The notes: generated by a model from the letters alone, not told the origin. 64,000 nucleotides of DNA from Candidatus Omnitrophota bacterium (GCA_043797125.1 JAZDPX010000038.1:4071-68070), one strand, 5' to 3'. Positions 1 through 10,665 are shown, counted from the first letter of the stretch. Translations and numbers: made by a program.

Positions 1-827
1 ATACCCCGCCCTGTTTTATGGTCCTTTTCTATAATTTCTATAAAGGCATTATCACATTTATCTCTTATAGCGGGGTCCATTATCCTGTCAAAACCGGCAC
101 TTGCCCCGGTATGTAAAGCCCAATTCAAAACCTCAGTGCCGTTTTTAAAATTAAAATTTATCTCTCCTTCCCAGGTTTCAAGAGGCTTCAATCCTGCCTT
201 AATATAAAGTTTCCTCAAATGGTCCTTGCTTTTTGGTAAACGCAGTGGGAGGTCCATTACATGCCGTATGTGCCCTGGATAACGCTGCATTACTTTTATC
301 CCCGTCTCTCTTAAAGGCAGAAGGGTATCAAATCTATTTTCTATAATACCAAGTTTGCCATTATGCTTTAAAACCCTTTTTATTTTCTCGAACATTTTTA
401 ATGGATAAGAATAGCCTATTGCCCAACCGCAGCAGACGCAATCAAAAGATTCGCTTTCAAAACCGTCCAAAGCTTCTATCATATCTTTGCATATAAACTC
501 GATATTCTCTTTAGCTTTTTCTTTTGCCTTATTAATCATTCCGTCTGAATAATCGACTGCCGTTATCTTATTTTCGCGGGCAATGTATTTTCTTAATTCG
601 GATGTGATTATTCCTGTCCCGCAGGCTAAATCCAAAGCTCTTGCAGTATTAGCTACATTTAACCTTTTAACCAATTCGGATGAATGAGGTTTTGTAAAAT
701 TTGAAAAATAATTATCATAGGTAGGTGCCAATGAATTATAATCGTTTTTTATTATATCCTTGGGCACCAGCCTTTTTGATAAAAGCAAAAAGAAAATTTT
801 TAAATAAAAATGCAGCTTCCTGATCAT
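1..827 (-). CDS. Class I SAM-dependent methyltransferase (3' end runs off window)
   Basis: Not in ORF track. Manual translation from ATG at 827: MIRKLHF...YNSLAPTYD...ALDLACGTG...AVDYSDGM...SFDCVCC; DLACGTG is SAM-binding motif I. Confidence 0.85.
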   Translation of the reverse strand, partial: MIRKLHFYLKIFFLLLSKRLVPKDIIKNDYNSLAPTYDNYFSNFTKPHSSELVKRLNVANTARALDLACGTGIITSELRKYIARENKITAVDYSDGMINKAKEKAKENIEFICKDMIEALDGFESESFDCVCCGWAIGYSYPLKMFEKIKRVLKHNGKLGIIENRFDTLLPLRETGIKVMQRYPGHIRHVMDLPLRLPKSKDHLRKLYIKAGLKPLETWEGEINFNFKNGTEVLNWALHTGASAGFDRIMDPAIRDKCDNAFIEIIEKDHKTGRG

Positions 828-831
828 TTAT

Positions 832-1230
832 CTACCGCGGCCTATAGATAACTAAAAACATACCGGTTAAAATCAAGCATGCGATAGGCCCTAAAACAGC
901 CCCTATGCTAATGCCGAAGAAGAATGTCCCTGTTAAAAAGCCGTTTACCGAGCCGAGGATAGCCCCTCCCAGTAAACCATACAGCAGCCCGTATTTAATA
1001 GTGCGTCTTTTTATAAGGGCGTTGACCAGCAGATTAACTGTAACCGCCCCGCAAGCCGCACCCCAGCCAATTCCCCAGACTACCAACATAAATTTAGACC
1101 AGCTACCTGTAGGTGAGCCTTCGAGAACTCCAGATACTACCTGCGTAAAAAACAAACTTGCCGCCGAAGACAATACCGTGCCAATGGCTACAACTACGAT
1201 ACGCACTATTTGCTTTTTTTCTACTTTCAT
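832..1230 (-). CDS. Small Gly-rich multi-pass membrane protein, unknown function
   Basis: 132 aa, about 4 hydrophobic Gly-rich segments; AGGAG SD upstream. Confidence 0.7.
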   Translation of the reverse strand: MKVEKKQIVRIVVVAIGTVLSSAASLFFTQVVSGVLEGSPTGSWSKFMLVVWGIGWGAACGAVTVNLLVNALIKRRTIKYGLLYGLLGGAILGSVNGFLTGTFFFGISIGAVLGPIACLILTGMFLVIYRPR

Positions 1231-1286
1231 ATTTATTCTCCTGTAAATGGTGTGCTTCTATTGTTTATAATACAGGCCTTTTTGGC

Positions 1287-2321
1287 CTATTTTGAAACAG
1301 TTTGATTTTTTGCCGAAATCACATTCGTTAATAGGTTTTCGATTGATTTTCCTATTATGACAGAACTTTTCTTTGTATACCCGCCGGAAAGAACCATTAA
1401 TATAGGGGTTCTTTTTTCTAAAGCGCTTCTGAATACTATTTCATCGCGCCTAATTATTCCATCCGCTGTTATATCCATGCGCCCTAACGGATCGCTTTTG
1501 AAAATATCGGTGCCGGCGTTATATATTATAAGGTCAGGGGCAGTCTTTTTGATTGCCTCGGGAATTTCTCTCTGTATTAACGCCAGATATTCTTTATCCG
1601 CTGTCTGCGAGGGAAGCGGGAACTGAAAATCTATGTATTTTTTTGCGTCAAAATCATTAGGGTATATCTCGCCGTTAAAAACATCGAAAATATTAACCCT
1701 GGGGTCATCCGCAAAAATCGACTCTACGCCGTTTCCCTGATGAGCGTCAAGGTCAATAATCAATATAGACATATCCGGCCTTTGCTTAAATAATTTATAT
1801 ACAGCTATAGGAATATCCGCAAAGAAACAAAACCCGCTCCCGGAATCGGCTTTCGCGTGGTGATAACCTCCGGATAAGTTTATCGCCCATCCGTGTTTTA
1901 GCGCTAATTGAGACCCCAGTATTGTTCCGCCAACCGCATACTTCATGGGTTTTAGGAGCCGTTCTTGTAAAAGAAAGTTCGGTAATGACGCGAGAATTTG
2001 TAATTCAGCAATCCTTGCGACATTTGCGGAGTTTTTTAATGAATCTAAATATTCCTGCGTGTGAACAGATAAAAGACCTTGCTCCGAAACAATCTCGGGA
2101 TTATAAAAATCACTCTTATTTAGCTTGGCTTCGTTTATCAAATATCGATATGCCTTCCCGTATTTTTCGCTGTCAAAAGGATGCAATTTTTCTAACCCGA
2201 ACAGCGTAATGTTATACTTGTCTGTATAAATAATATTTATTTTATAGGATGTTTCCACTGCATTTAATCCATCTATGGGAAAAGCAAGCATGATACACGC
2301 GATGATTGCGGCCTTTTTCAT
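1287..2321 (-). CDS. Zn-dependent histone deacetylase-family protein (class IV/HDAC11-like) with N-terminal signal peptide
   Basis: YNITLFGLEKLHPFD, GGYHH, GFCFFAD, DLDAHQGNG, YNAGTD, SGGY motifs; N-terminus MKKAAIIACIMLAFPIDGLNA. Confidence 0.9.
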   Translation of the reverse strand: MKKAAIIACIMLAFPIDGLNAVETSYKINIIYTDKYNITLFGLEKLHPFDSEKYGKAYRYLINEAKLNKSDFYNPEIVSEQGLLSVHTQEYLDSLKNSANVARIAELQILASLPNFLLQERLLKPMKYAVGGTILGSQLALKHGWAINLSGGYHHAKADSGSGFCFFADIPIAVYKLFKQRPDMSILIIDLDAHQGNGVESIFADDPRVNIFDVFNGEIYPNDFDAKKYIDFQFPLPSQTADKEYLALIQREIPEAIKKTAPDLIIYNAGTDIFKSDPLGRMDITADGIIRRDEIVFRSALEKRTPILMVLSGGYTKKSSVIIGKSIENLLTNVISAKNQTVSK

Positions 2322-5300
2322 TTTTTGATTTTTTGTTCGATAACTTTTATAATAAACCCCGCGCTATGCGCAGCCATATCCGGCGCATACATCGACTGTA
2401 AAGTAGCAGAGCCTATACGATAGGTCCCTGGCTTTGTGGGTTTAAGCCTATAGCGCAGGATATATTCGCCGTGCGGGAGCCAGCCTATGAAAAAATTGGT
2501 AAGCGAATCCCGTGGTTCCTCATAAAAATGTAGCTGGTCATAATTCCAGCCGCTTAAAAGAATCTCTGCCTCAAAACCGGCCGCTTTAAGATCCTTAAGA
2601 TGCATATATTCAAACTGGCTTCGCGTATTTATCTTAAGCTGCACTTCTATCTGGTCGCCTACGGAAACTTCTTCGCCTGAATTTATAAGTTTTAGATGAT
2701 AGAAATCGCCTTCTTTTATTCTTCTGTAAAATTTGCGGTCAAGTTCCAGCATGCCCGGGGTTGAGGCTTGGGGAATTTCATCCGTCGAATATGTCCATGT
2801 CATGCCGGCAAAAGCAAGGCCAGGGCCTTCTTTTTCAATTAAAGCTTTGTTCATTTCCGGGGTAATATCAAAACCTGTTTGCTGCCAGCGAATCGGTTCG
2901 TTTAGCCAATCATCCGCCTTTATAACTTCGGAGTAGGTTTTGCTGCCCCATTTTACGGTGAATGTCTCATCGGCGCTTAAAGCGCCTCGCTGGTTCAGAT
3001 AGTCAAGAAGACAGTAGACAGCCGCGACAGAGGCTTTTGTAGATTTCCATACCGTGCCTTTTCGGTTAAAAAGAAGCCATTGGATCATTCCGGGAATGCG
3101 TTTATCTTCCGGGCGCAGCTTCTGTAAGGCGCGAAGGAAAAAGGCGTGTTTTTCGACTGTATCAGAATACCAGACCCAGGAATATTTTTCAGGTGCCCAA
3201 TAAACACCGGCAACCGGGTCTTCTCTTGCCCCGTCCATAGCCATATCCAGTAAACTTTCGGCTTTCTTTTTATCTCCCAGGCGAAGATAAGTAAAACTAA
3301 GATAGGCCTTGCTCAGCGGGGTCATTTCATCGATATGGTTTTCTAAAAATACCAGCCACGACTTTGCCGCCTCATGGCCTTTTTTGGCTTCTGAAAATTC
3401 TCCAGCGGGATAAGATGTTACCACATAAGCCGCGAAGGAAATAAGCGCGAGGTCTCTTTCTTGTGGTTTTAGGATGTAAGGAATCTCATTATTAACATAT
3501 CTAAGAGCCCCCTGAATTATATCTTTAGGCACTTCGACTCCGTAGTTCATAGCCTCGGCTAATCCTGAAAGAACATACAGGGTCATATAAGAATCAGGCT
3601 CTCCTCCCGGCCACCAGGGAAAAGCGCCGTTTGCAAGCTGCGCTTTTTTTAATTTGTTAAAGTTTATTGCTTTTTGTGACTCAACTATCTTCGGGTCAAG
3701 GAGGTCAATTATAGATGCAGGCTGGCCGCCTTCCGATTCTAAAACCCACGGTGTCTCCATCAGCGTAATCAGGCGCCTGGGGTCATCTTTTTCCCAGGGC
3801 GCGGTCACGGTTTTACGCTCGGGAATTTTACTTACAGCTTCCTGGATAGCCGGATATTTTTTATAGACTTCGTTAACTATGCTTAACGGTACATATTTAT
3901 TCAATATCTGCTCAACGCATTCATGGGGATACTCGACAAGAAAGGGTATTGTATTTAATATGCTTAAGGCAAGCTGGGGCTCGACCTGAAGGACCATTGA
4001 TTCGTTAATTCGCGTAGCATCATCCTTAATGGAGATTTCCAGGCTTTTTGATTCACTGCCGGATAATGTAGTAAATGCGGACTCGATAAGCCTTTGTCTT
4101 GAGGGAAGAATGGGCAGCTGTCTTTCCTCCGCATCAGAGAGCTTATCAGTTACCGCAACTACTTTAACCTTGTAAGTGCTCACGCCTTCAGGTATTTCTA
4201 TCATCCAGTTGAAACTGCCTAAGCTGTGAGGCTCTATTTTAAAATTTCTTTTATTGCTGCCTAGTTTCAATTTTTCATTGATTATTTCATTGTTCTCGAT
4301 TATATCAATAAACAATTCGCCCTCAACAGGCTGTTCTGATTCATTATGCACAATAGCGGTTACCATGCCTTTGTCTTTTTCGCGGAAAAATCGCGGTATG
4401 TCGGCGCGCACCATAAGGTCCTTCCTGGTAACTGCTTCTTCGGTTAGGGTGCCTTCTTTTATGTCCTTGGTAAAAGCGAACAACTTTATTTTCCAGCTTG
4501 TTAATTGCTCGGGAGAAGTAAAACTAAACTGCGCCGAACCATTTTCACTTGTTGTAAAAATATGAGGTTTAAAAAAAGCTGTATCAGCGAATTCCTTTCT
4601 TGTTTCTATTTTTTTTGCCGCTTCCTCGTATTTGCCCTCCCCGGATTCACACATTCTTGCGCCTTGGGTAACAGCTTCGTCCAGGGCATACCACTCATAA
4701 TTGATATCCATGCCCTTCGAAAGTGTTCTGCCGTAATATTCTCCTCTTGCCCACATCCTGCTTGTACGCAGCCCCGGAGGATTATATTCTTTTGGGCCCT
4801 GCCTAAAGAACCCGAGCAATTTCCAAAGCGTACCCCTTACAACAGGCACAATCGCTACGAACTGATTACGCGCGGGATAGCTCCAGCTCCAAAAACCGGG
4901 CGTGTCCCGTAAAGCATAAAGGCTGTCCAGCCATGGGTTTTTGGATGTTATATAATATTCGAGTGAGCGGTCGTACATCAAAGCGAGAACTTCACTTTCA
5001 GCGGGCATGTTCTTTGAATCGCTGACCTTTACTCCCCAGCCGGCCTCTTTACCCGGCGTTAATTCCTTATCAAAAGGCTCAAGGGAAATATTAAGTTTCT
5101 TCTCTTCCCAGGGAACCGCGACTGTCGCCTGCCCGTTATATATATTTAATTCTTTCACTCCAAACCAGCGTAAGGTGAAACCGCCTTTCATTTCTTCTGT
5201 CACGGGAATCTCAATTAATCTTACCTGTTGATTGTTGTCAATAAGCCGACGGCTTAAAAAATGCTTTCCTGTCCAGAGTTCAATATGATAGGTGCCTGAT

Positions 5301-8300
5301 CCCAGAGCCGAACCAAAAATGAATCTTGCTGTATCTTTTATTTTATATTCATTTTTTTCTGCCAGCATAACAGAAGCCGCCTTTACAGGCACTGCTTCTT
5401 GTGTGTTTTTTGCCACCACAAAAATTTTGGCTTGCTCAACATCCGCTGCCCATTCGTCACGGGATTTTATAGTAATTCTATATGCCCCCTGCGGCAGAGG
5501 CGAAAGTTTTATCGCGGCCTTGCCTTCTTCATCGTGTTGAACTTCTCCTTGAGCCACTAATTTATCATTCAAAACACCTTTAAGCTGAAAATCCAAAGGC
5601 GGCGTCCAACCCTGATATCCCCACTGATTATCCGCTAATTCAGTGAGTGGTTTAGCTGGGGTATCAGCCAAAGTAAAAACCTCATAGCTGCTTATCCCCG
5701 GCATCGCGGTATCATTTAGGCTTAGCCGCTTTGAATCAATCTCTATTGCCTCATCCTCTAAACTGAATCCTTTTTTCGGCTCAATTGTAAGATAAACGGC
5801 GTTTTTACCGGATTTATAAGACTGCTGTGCCTGAATAGTCCTTCCTCCGGAATCGCGGGCTTCAACTTCGACTAAAAATTCCGCGATATCAGGTATGTTG
5901 CCTCCGTATTCTTGAGACCCGGGCGTGGGAATAAAAGGAATAATAAAATTTCCCTCTTTATCGGTTTTAAGATCGCCTGTCGCGATTTCCTGCGCGCTGC
6001 TTTTATAATCTTGCTCAAACCAATAACGATAACACCATGGGATGTATGCTTGCCGTTTAATGCGATATTTAATCGCAGCTTCAGGTACAGGGCCGCCAAA
6101 ATAATATGAAACTTGCCCCTTGATTTCCACAGGTTCGTTATATTTCCATGCTTGTGCAGCAGGCTTAATCGTAATTTCAAATTCCGGCTGTTTATATTCT
6201 TCTACTGAAAAATAAACATCAACGCTATTTGAAAAATGTCCGTCTACGCATACAGCCCTTAGCCCGTATCTGCCCAATAACCTGCCTTGGGGTATTTCGA
6301 AACTTAAATCCGAGCTGCCAAATTCATTAAGCTTAACGCTTTCTCTCAGAAAATCCTCATGAATAGGGTCGTAAACGGTAAACTTTACTTCTTTTGCGCC
6401 GGTCAAAGCCGCAAACCCCTGCGGCGTCCTTCGAACTGCTATCACCTTTGCCTGCACTTTATGCCCGGGCCGGTATATCGGCCTGTCTGTTTCAATAAAA
6501 AGCTCTATCGGGTTTGGCGGGGCAAAATCAAGAGATAGACACCTGGGCCAATATGAAAAAGAATTACCAGACTTAGCAAGAGGGTCTACGCTATAACGAT
6601 TGTTGGTGGTCCGAGGGGCAACGCAGACCGGCAAGGATATGTAAGCGTAGCCTTCTTTATCTGTTATAAGATTAAAATTATTTTCCTTTGACTGCGGGTA
6701 TGATAAAGACGTATAAGCATCTAAGTCAACGTTGTCTTGGGGTTTGCCTGTTTTAGCGTTTAAAGCGTAAAAGCGAAAACCTTCATCGTCAATTCCTGCC
6801 TGCCCACTGCCTTCCACAAAATCAAAACAAGCATCATAGGTTTTGGTGGTAAATCCCGCTGTGCCGATAAGCACAAAATCGGTGATATTAAGAAAACAAG
6901 CCGAAAAAAGTTGGCCGCCTATCTCAAAAGACTTATCTGCGCAAGCTAAAACCAGATAAATCCCAGCTTGCAGCTGCGGAGGGTCTATTGTGTTGGTAAC
7001 GTATGCGTAATCGCCTCTATCAGTGGTTTCGCTGCCCCATTCTTTATAAGGAGTTTTCCCCGGCAGATATGATTGAAGCCAGTTCTTGTTGCGGTCCAGA
7101 TAAAACCAGTTAGGGTTAAATAAATCGGACCAGCCGTTAAAATCAGCTTTGTATCTAGAGCTGATTTTCCAGCTAATATACTCTTGTTTAAGCTCCCGTG
7201 GTTCTACTGGGTAAATACGAAAATAGACTTTTTTAAGATTTTTTGTAGTTATGGTAAACGCCCCTGCACCCGGAGGCATGGCGGTTTTTACCTGAAGCTG
7301 ACAGGCAGGCATCTGAATCTGTGAACGCAGGGCCTGGGCATGATAACAGAAATCAGTATCCGCGAAATCTTTCTCTATCTTCTCGCATAATTTTACAGCT
7401 TCAACCAATTTATCAGTGTCTTTTAATATTAAAGCTGCCTCTAAAGCCGCGTTCGCTTTAGCGTTATTTGTATTAAATTCCTCCATCCACTTAAGAAGGA
7501 TGTCCTTGGCGCGGCGGCGGTACTCTTTTGAATCTTCATCATCGTACAAAGCCTTATCTTGGGCTAAATCTCTTAAATCAAATAAATTGGTATATTCTAA
7601 AGGAAGCAGCAGCCGTTTTATTTTCCATCGTTCAGCCGCCTCAAGGCGGCGTTCTTGATTAAATCTGCCTGCTTCCCCGATTAGTTCAGCTGCCAGTAAT
7701 GCCGGAGGATCTTCCAGATTAACAGGGAGATTAAACTCTTCTGCTGATAATAAATCTGCCTTTGGTTTGGCCGCTCCATCATTTGCGTATTCGGTCTCTG
7801 TATTTAAGAGAAAATCAGAGAAGCTGAAAATTAAATAATCAAAGAGTGTCGGATACATCCCAAAGTCTACATTTTTGATATTAAAAAAATAACCTTCCTG
7901 CGCCATATCCATCTGCGCGAGACTATTCCGCAATTCCCAAAGCTGCCTGTAAGCTAATCTGATTTCATCTTTTATTTCAGCGGGTGTCAGGCGAAAAACA
8001 TCCCCATCCTTTTCCTCGTCTATTGCATCGCCTCTTTGGGTAAATGAATACCGCTCTAAAAAATTTGTGAGCATCTCAGTTTTAAGGATTAAAATGCGGG
8101 CGCTATGGAGTGTTTGGGCGGGAGTTGGCGTAGAAATTAACTTTTGCGCAGCTTCTCCATAACGATAAAGATGGGCTAAAGATTCGCATATTCTAAAAAA
8201 CGCTTTCCAATGTATCTCGGCATCCGCGTTTTCTTTAAATACCGACTCGTATTCCTTTAATGCCTCCTGATATGTTCCTTTGCTAAACAGCTCATCAGCT

Positions 8301-8383
8301 TTTTTTATATCGGAAGCGAGGCATGTTCCGCTGAAAAAAAGCAACAATAACCCGAAGGCGCTATATTTGCATATCTTTTTCAT
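2318..8383 (-). CDS. Bacterial alpha-2-macroglobulin family protein with N-terminal TPR-like region
   Basis: 2021 aa; signal peptide; TDRPIYRPG (MG domain), VEEYKQPEF, thioester YPHECVEQ (3908-3919), C-terminal ATLQSMYAP. Confidence 0.9.
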   Translation of the reverse strand: MKKICKYSAFGLLLLFFSGTCLASDIKKADELFSKGTYQEALKEYESVFKENADAEIHWKAFFRICESLAHLYRYGEAAQKLISTPTPAQTLHSARILILKTEMLTNFLERYSFTQRGDAIDEEKDGDVFRLTPAEIKDEIRLAYRQLWELRNSLAQMDMAQEGYFFNIKNVDFGMYPTLFDYLIFSFSDFLLNTETEYANDGAAKPKADLLSAEEFNLPVNLEDPPALLAAELIGEAGRFNQERRLEAAERWKIKRLLLPLEYTNLFDLRDLAQDKALYDDEDSKEYRRRAKDILLKWMEEFNTNNAKANAALEAALILKDTDKLVEAVKLCEKIEKDFADTDFCYHAQALRSQIQMPACQLQVKTAMPPGAGAFTITTKNLKKVYFRIYPVEPRELKQEYISWKISSRYKADFNGWSDLFNPNWFYLDRNKNWLQSYLPGKTPYKEWGSETTDRGDYAYVTNTIDPPQLQAGIYLVLACADKSFEIGGQLFSACFLNITDFVLIGTAGFTTKTYDACFDFVEGSGQAGIDDEGFRFYALNAKTGKPQDNVDLDAYTSLSYPQSKENNFNLITDKEGYAYISLPVCVAPRTTNNRYSVDPLAKSGNSFSYWPRCLSLDFAPPNPIELFIETDRPIYRPGHKVQAKVIAVRRTPQGFAALTGAKEVKFTVYDPIHEDFLRESVKLNEFGSSDLSFEIPQGRLLGRYGLRAVCVDGHFSNSVDVYFSVEEYKQPEFEITIKPAAQAWKYNEPVEIKGQVSYYFGGPVPEAAIKYRIKRQAYIPWCYRYWFEQDYKSSAQEIATGDLKTDKEGNFIIPFIPTPGSQEYGGNIPDIAEFLVEVEARDSGGRTIQAQQSYKSGKNAVYLTIEPKKGFSLEDEAIEIDSKRLSLNDTAMPGISSYEVFTLADTPAKPLTELADNQWGYQGWTPPLDFQLKGVLNDKLVAQGEVQHDEEGKAAIKLSPLPQGAYRITIKSRDEWAADVEQAKIFVVAKNTQEAVPVKAASVMLAEKNEYKIKDTARFIFGSALGSGTYHIELWTGKHFLSRRLIDNNQQVRLIEIPVTEEMKGGFTLRWFGVKELNIYNGQATVAVPWEEKKLNISLEPFDKELTPGKEAGWGVKVSDSKNMPAESEVLALMYDRSLEYYITSKNPWLDSLYALRDTPGFWSWSYPARNQFVAIVPVVRGTLWKLLGFFRQGPKEYNPPGLRTSRMWARGEYYGRTLSKGMDINYEWYALDEAVTQGARMCESGEGKYEEAAKKIETRKEFADTAFFKPHIFTTSENGSAQFSFTSPEQLTSWKIKLFAFTKDIKEGTLTEEAVTRKDLMVRADIPRFFREKDKGMVTAIVHNESEQPVEGELFIDIIENNEIINEKLKLGSNKRNFKIEPHSLGSFNWMIEIPEGVSTYKVKVVAVTDKLSDAEERQLPILPSRQRLIESAFTTLSGSESKSLEISIKDDATRINESMVLQVEPQLALSILNTIPFLVEYPHECVEQILNKYVPLSIVNEVYKKYPAIQEAVSKIPERKTVTAPWEKDDPRRLITLMETPWVLESEGGQPASIIDLLDPKIVESQKAINFNKLKKAQLANGAFPWWPGGEPDSYMTLYVLSGLAEAMNYGVEVPKDIIQGALRYVNNEIPYILKPQERDLALISFAAYVVTSYPAGEFSEAKKGHEAAKSWLVFLENHIDEMTPLSKAYLSFTYLRLGDKKKAESLLDMAMDGAREDPVAGVYWAPEKYSWVWYSDTVEKHAFFLRALQKLRPEDKRIPGMIQWLLFNRKGTVWKSTKASVAAVYCLLDYLNQRGALSADETFTVKWGSKTYSEVIKADDWLNEPIRWQQTGFDITPEMNKALIEKEGPGLAFAGMTWTYSTDEIPQASTPGMLELDRKFYRRIKEGDFYHLKLINSGEEVSVGDQIEVQLKINTRSQFEYMHLKDLKAAGFEAEILLSGWNYDQLHFYEEPRDSLTNFFIGWLPHGEYILRYRLKPTKPGTYRIGSATLQSMYAPDMAAHSAGFIIKVIEQKIKK

Positions 8384-10665
8384 TAGCTATAACTAAATAC
8401 GATTTTATCGCCGGATACAGCCATTGCTATCTTGCAATTTTTGCAAGACAGTAAATATTGAGCAAGCGGCTTGAGTAAATTGTCCTCTATAGTCTTATTA
8501 ATAAATTTAGCGCCAAACTTTATGCTGTATCCCTTATTAAGCAGAAATTCTATCGTATCGTCGTTGGCCTGCACTATAAAACCCTTAGACACTAGTCTGC
8601 TGAGTACATTCTGCACTTTTTTATTAATTATCTTTCTAATGCAATCGCGGCCGATAGGATTAAAATAGATAATTTTATCTATAGAGTTTAAGAAGCTTTC
8701 TCCAAAACACTTTTTAATTTCGATTTCCAGTATATTTCTAACCTTACTGCACAGCTGCCGGTATTCTAAGCCTTCTAATTGTTTCTCGTTTAAAACCTCA
8801 GCGCCTATATTAGATGTTAAAATAAATGTTGCATGGGTAAAATATACTTTTTCTCCGTCAGCGTCGCTTAAAGTACCTTTATCAAATATTTGTTTTAATA
8901 AAGATAAAACATTAGGATGCGCTTTTTCTATTTCGTCTAACAATATTATTGAATTAGGGTTTGATCTTATGCTGCTTATCAATCTGCTTTCCTGCTCATA
9001 GCCTATGTAGCCAGGGGCAGCTCCTAAAATCCTGCTTGTGCTTGTTTCATCCTTAAATTCAGCCATATCAAAAGAAACCAACCTGCTTTCATCCCCCAGC
9101 AATGCCACTGTCAATGATTTTGCCAGTTCTGTTTTTCCTACGCCGGATGGCCCCACAAAAAGAAATACGCCTTCCGGCCTTTGAGGATTAATATCCATGC
9201 CCATTTTTGTTAATTGTATTACCTCAACCAGCTCTTTTATGGCCTCATCTTGCCCTATAACCCTCTGCTTTAGTCTATCGCTTAGCAAGGCCAATTCATT
9301 TGTTTTAACAGCTAGTAACTGCGTAATAGGCACTTGTGCGTCTTTGGCTATTACAGCCGCAACTTTTTCTGCGGTAACGATTTTATCGCTATTCTGATCT
9401 ATCTTTTCCTTAGCGCAGGTATGATCCAGCAGGTCAATGGATTTACCAGGAAAATGCCTATCCTTGATATATTTATCAGCGAGCTCGGTTGCCGCATTGA
9501 TGGCTTCATCCGTTATTTTCACATTATGAAACTTTTCAAACCTATCCTTGCATTTATTCAGAATTTTGATTGTCTGCTCAATTGTCGGCTCGTTTATATA
9601 TACTGGCTGAAACCTTCGCTTTAAAGCCTTGTCTTTCTCCAAAAATTGCCTGTTTTCTTTTGTCGTTGTTGCGCCGATGCATCTTAGGTTTCCTCTGGCC
9701 AAGGCTGGTTTCAGTATATTAGCAGCGTCACTTAAACCTTTTTCCCCGCCTGCGCCAACTACCATATGTATTTCATCAATAAATAAAATAATAGATGGGT
9801 TCTTTGTGCATTCATCAATAATTCTTTTTATATTTTCCTCAAACTGCCCTCTTAATGTTGTGCCCGCAACTAAAGAGGTTATGCTTATCTCTACAATTTC
9901 CTTATCCAGCATTGCCGTCGGCACTTTGCCTTCTACTATCAGCTGGGCTATCCCCTCGGCAATAGCGGTTTTTCCTACTCCGGCATCTCCTATAAGAAGT
10001 GGATTGTTTTGCTGCTTTTTGCATAAGATTTCTATGGCGGTTTGCATCTCTTCGTCACGGAAATAAACCGGGTCTAATTTACCTTCTTTTGCTAATAGGT
10101 TTAAATTTCTGCCGAATTGCGTTAGGGCTAAGTCGGAACTGACGGAACTATAATCTTCGGTGGCTTTTAGTAACCTTTTTGAGGGCGCGTATGATTTATG
10201 CGTATCGGCGCTATCAACTGCTTCCGTTAAATCCACATATGAAATATTCGCTATTTCCTCAAGAAACGTTTCGAATTTTAGATTTATTTGTTTAATTAAT
10301 TTGAGAATACAGTTATTTTTAGTTAAAAAAATTGCTCTTAGCAAATCATAAGGCTCTATAAGCGAAGAGCTGCGCTTTTTAGCCTCCTCATTGGCTGTGT
10401 CAAAATACTTATTTTGCTGTTCTAAATTAGCTTTATTAGACGGGTCATCCGGGAAATTTTTGATCAGATAATGAGAAATAGTGTTCTTAATTTCATTTTC
10501 ATCAAGTTTTAGCTTGGCCTGAATTACCAGCCACAAAGGATGCTGCATATTGATTAAAGCATATAAAACAAGCTCCTCTTTTGTAACAGGCTTTAGCATG
10601 CATACGGAGCTTTTTTTAGCCTGTTGCAATACAATTTTTGCTTCTTCGCTGAAGTTTGTTCTCAT
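8383..10665 (-). CDS. ClpA/ClpC-like Hsp100 AAA+ ATPase (two NBDs)
   Basis: GDAGVGKT, IILFIDEIH, LKPALARG, GPSGVGKTE, PGYIGY, LLDEIEKAHP; stop overlaps A2M start (TAATG). Confidence 0.9.
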   Translation of the reverse strand: MRTNFSEEAKIVLQQAKKSSVCMLKPVTKEELVLYALINMQHPLWLVIQAKLKLDENEIKNTISHYLIKNFPDDPSNKANLEQQNKYFDTANEEAKKRSSSLIEPYDLLRAIFLTKNNCILKLIKQINLKFETFLEEIANISYVDLTEAVDSADTHKSYAPSKRLLKATEDYSSVSSDLALTQFGRNLNLLAKEGKLDPVYFRDEEMQTAIEILCKKQQNNPLLIGDAGVGKTAIAEGIAQLIVEGKVPTAMLDKEIVEISITSLVAGTTLRGQFEENIKRIIDECTKNPSIILFIDEIHMVVGAGGEKGLSDAANILKPALARGNLRCIGATTTKENRQFLEKDKALKRRFQPVYINEPTIEQTIKILNKCKDRFEKFHNVKITDEAINAATELADKYIKDRHFPGKSIDLLDHTCAKEKIDQNSDKIVTAEKVAAVIAKDAQVPITQLLAVKTNELALLSDRLKQRVIGQDEAIKELVEVIQLTKMGMDINPQRPEGVFLFVGPSGVGKTELAKSLTVALLGDESRLVSFDMAEFKDETSTSRILGAAPGYIGYEQESRLISSIRSNPNSIILLDEIEKAHPNVLSLLKQIFDKGTLSDADGEKVYFTHATFILTSNIGAEVLNEKQLEGLEYRQLCSKVRNILEIEIKKCFGESFLNSIDKIIYFNPIGRDCIRKIINKKVQNVLSRLVSKGFIVQANDDTIEFLLNKGYSIKFGAKFINKTIEDNLLKPLAQYLLSCKNCKIAMAVSGDKIVFSYS

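Noticed and set aside
8383-10665. ClpV / type VI secretion
   Set aside because: No T6SS genes nearby; only the lack of M domain and IGF loop is suggestive.
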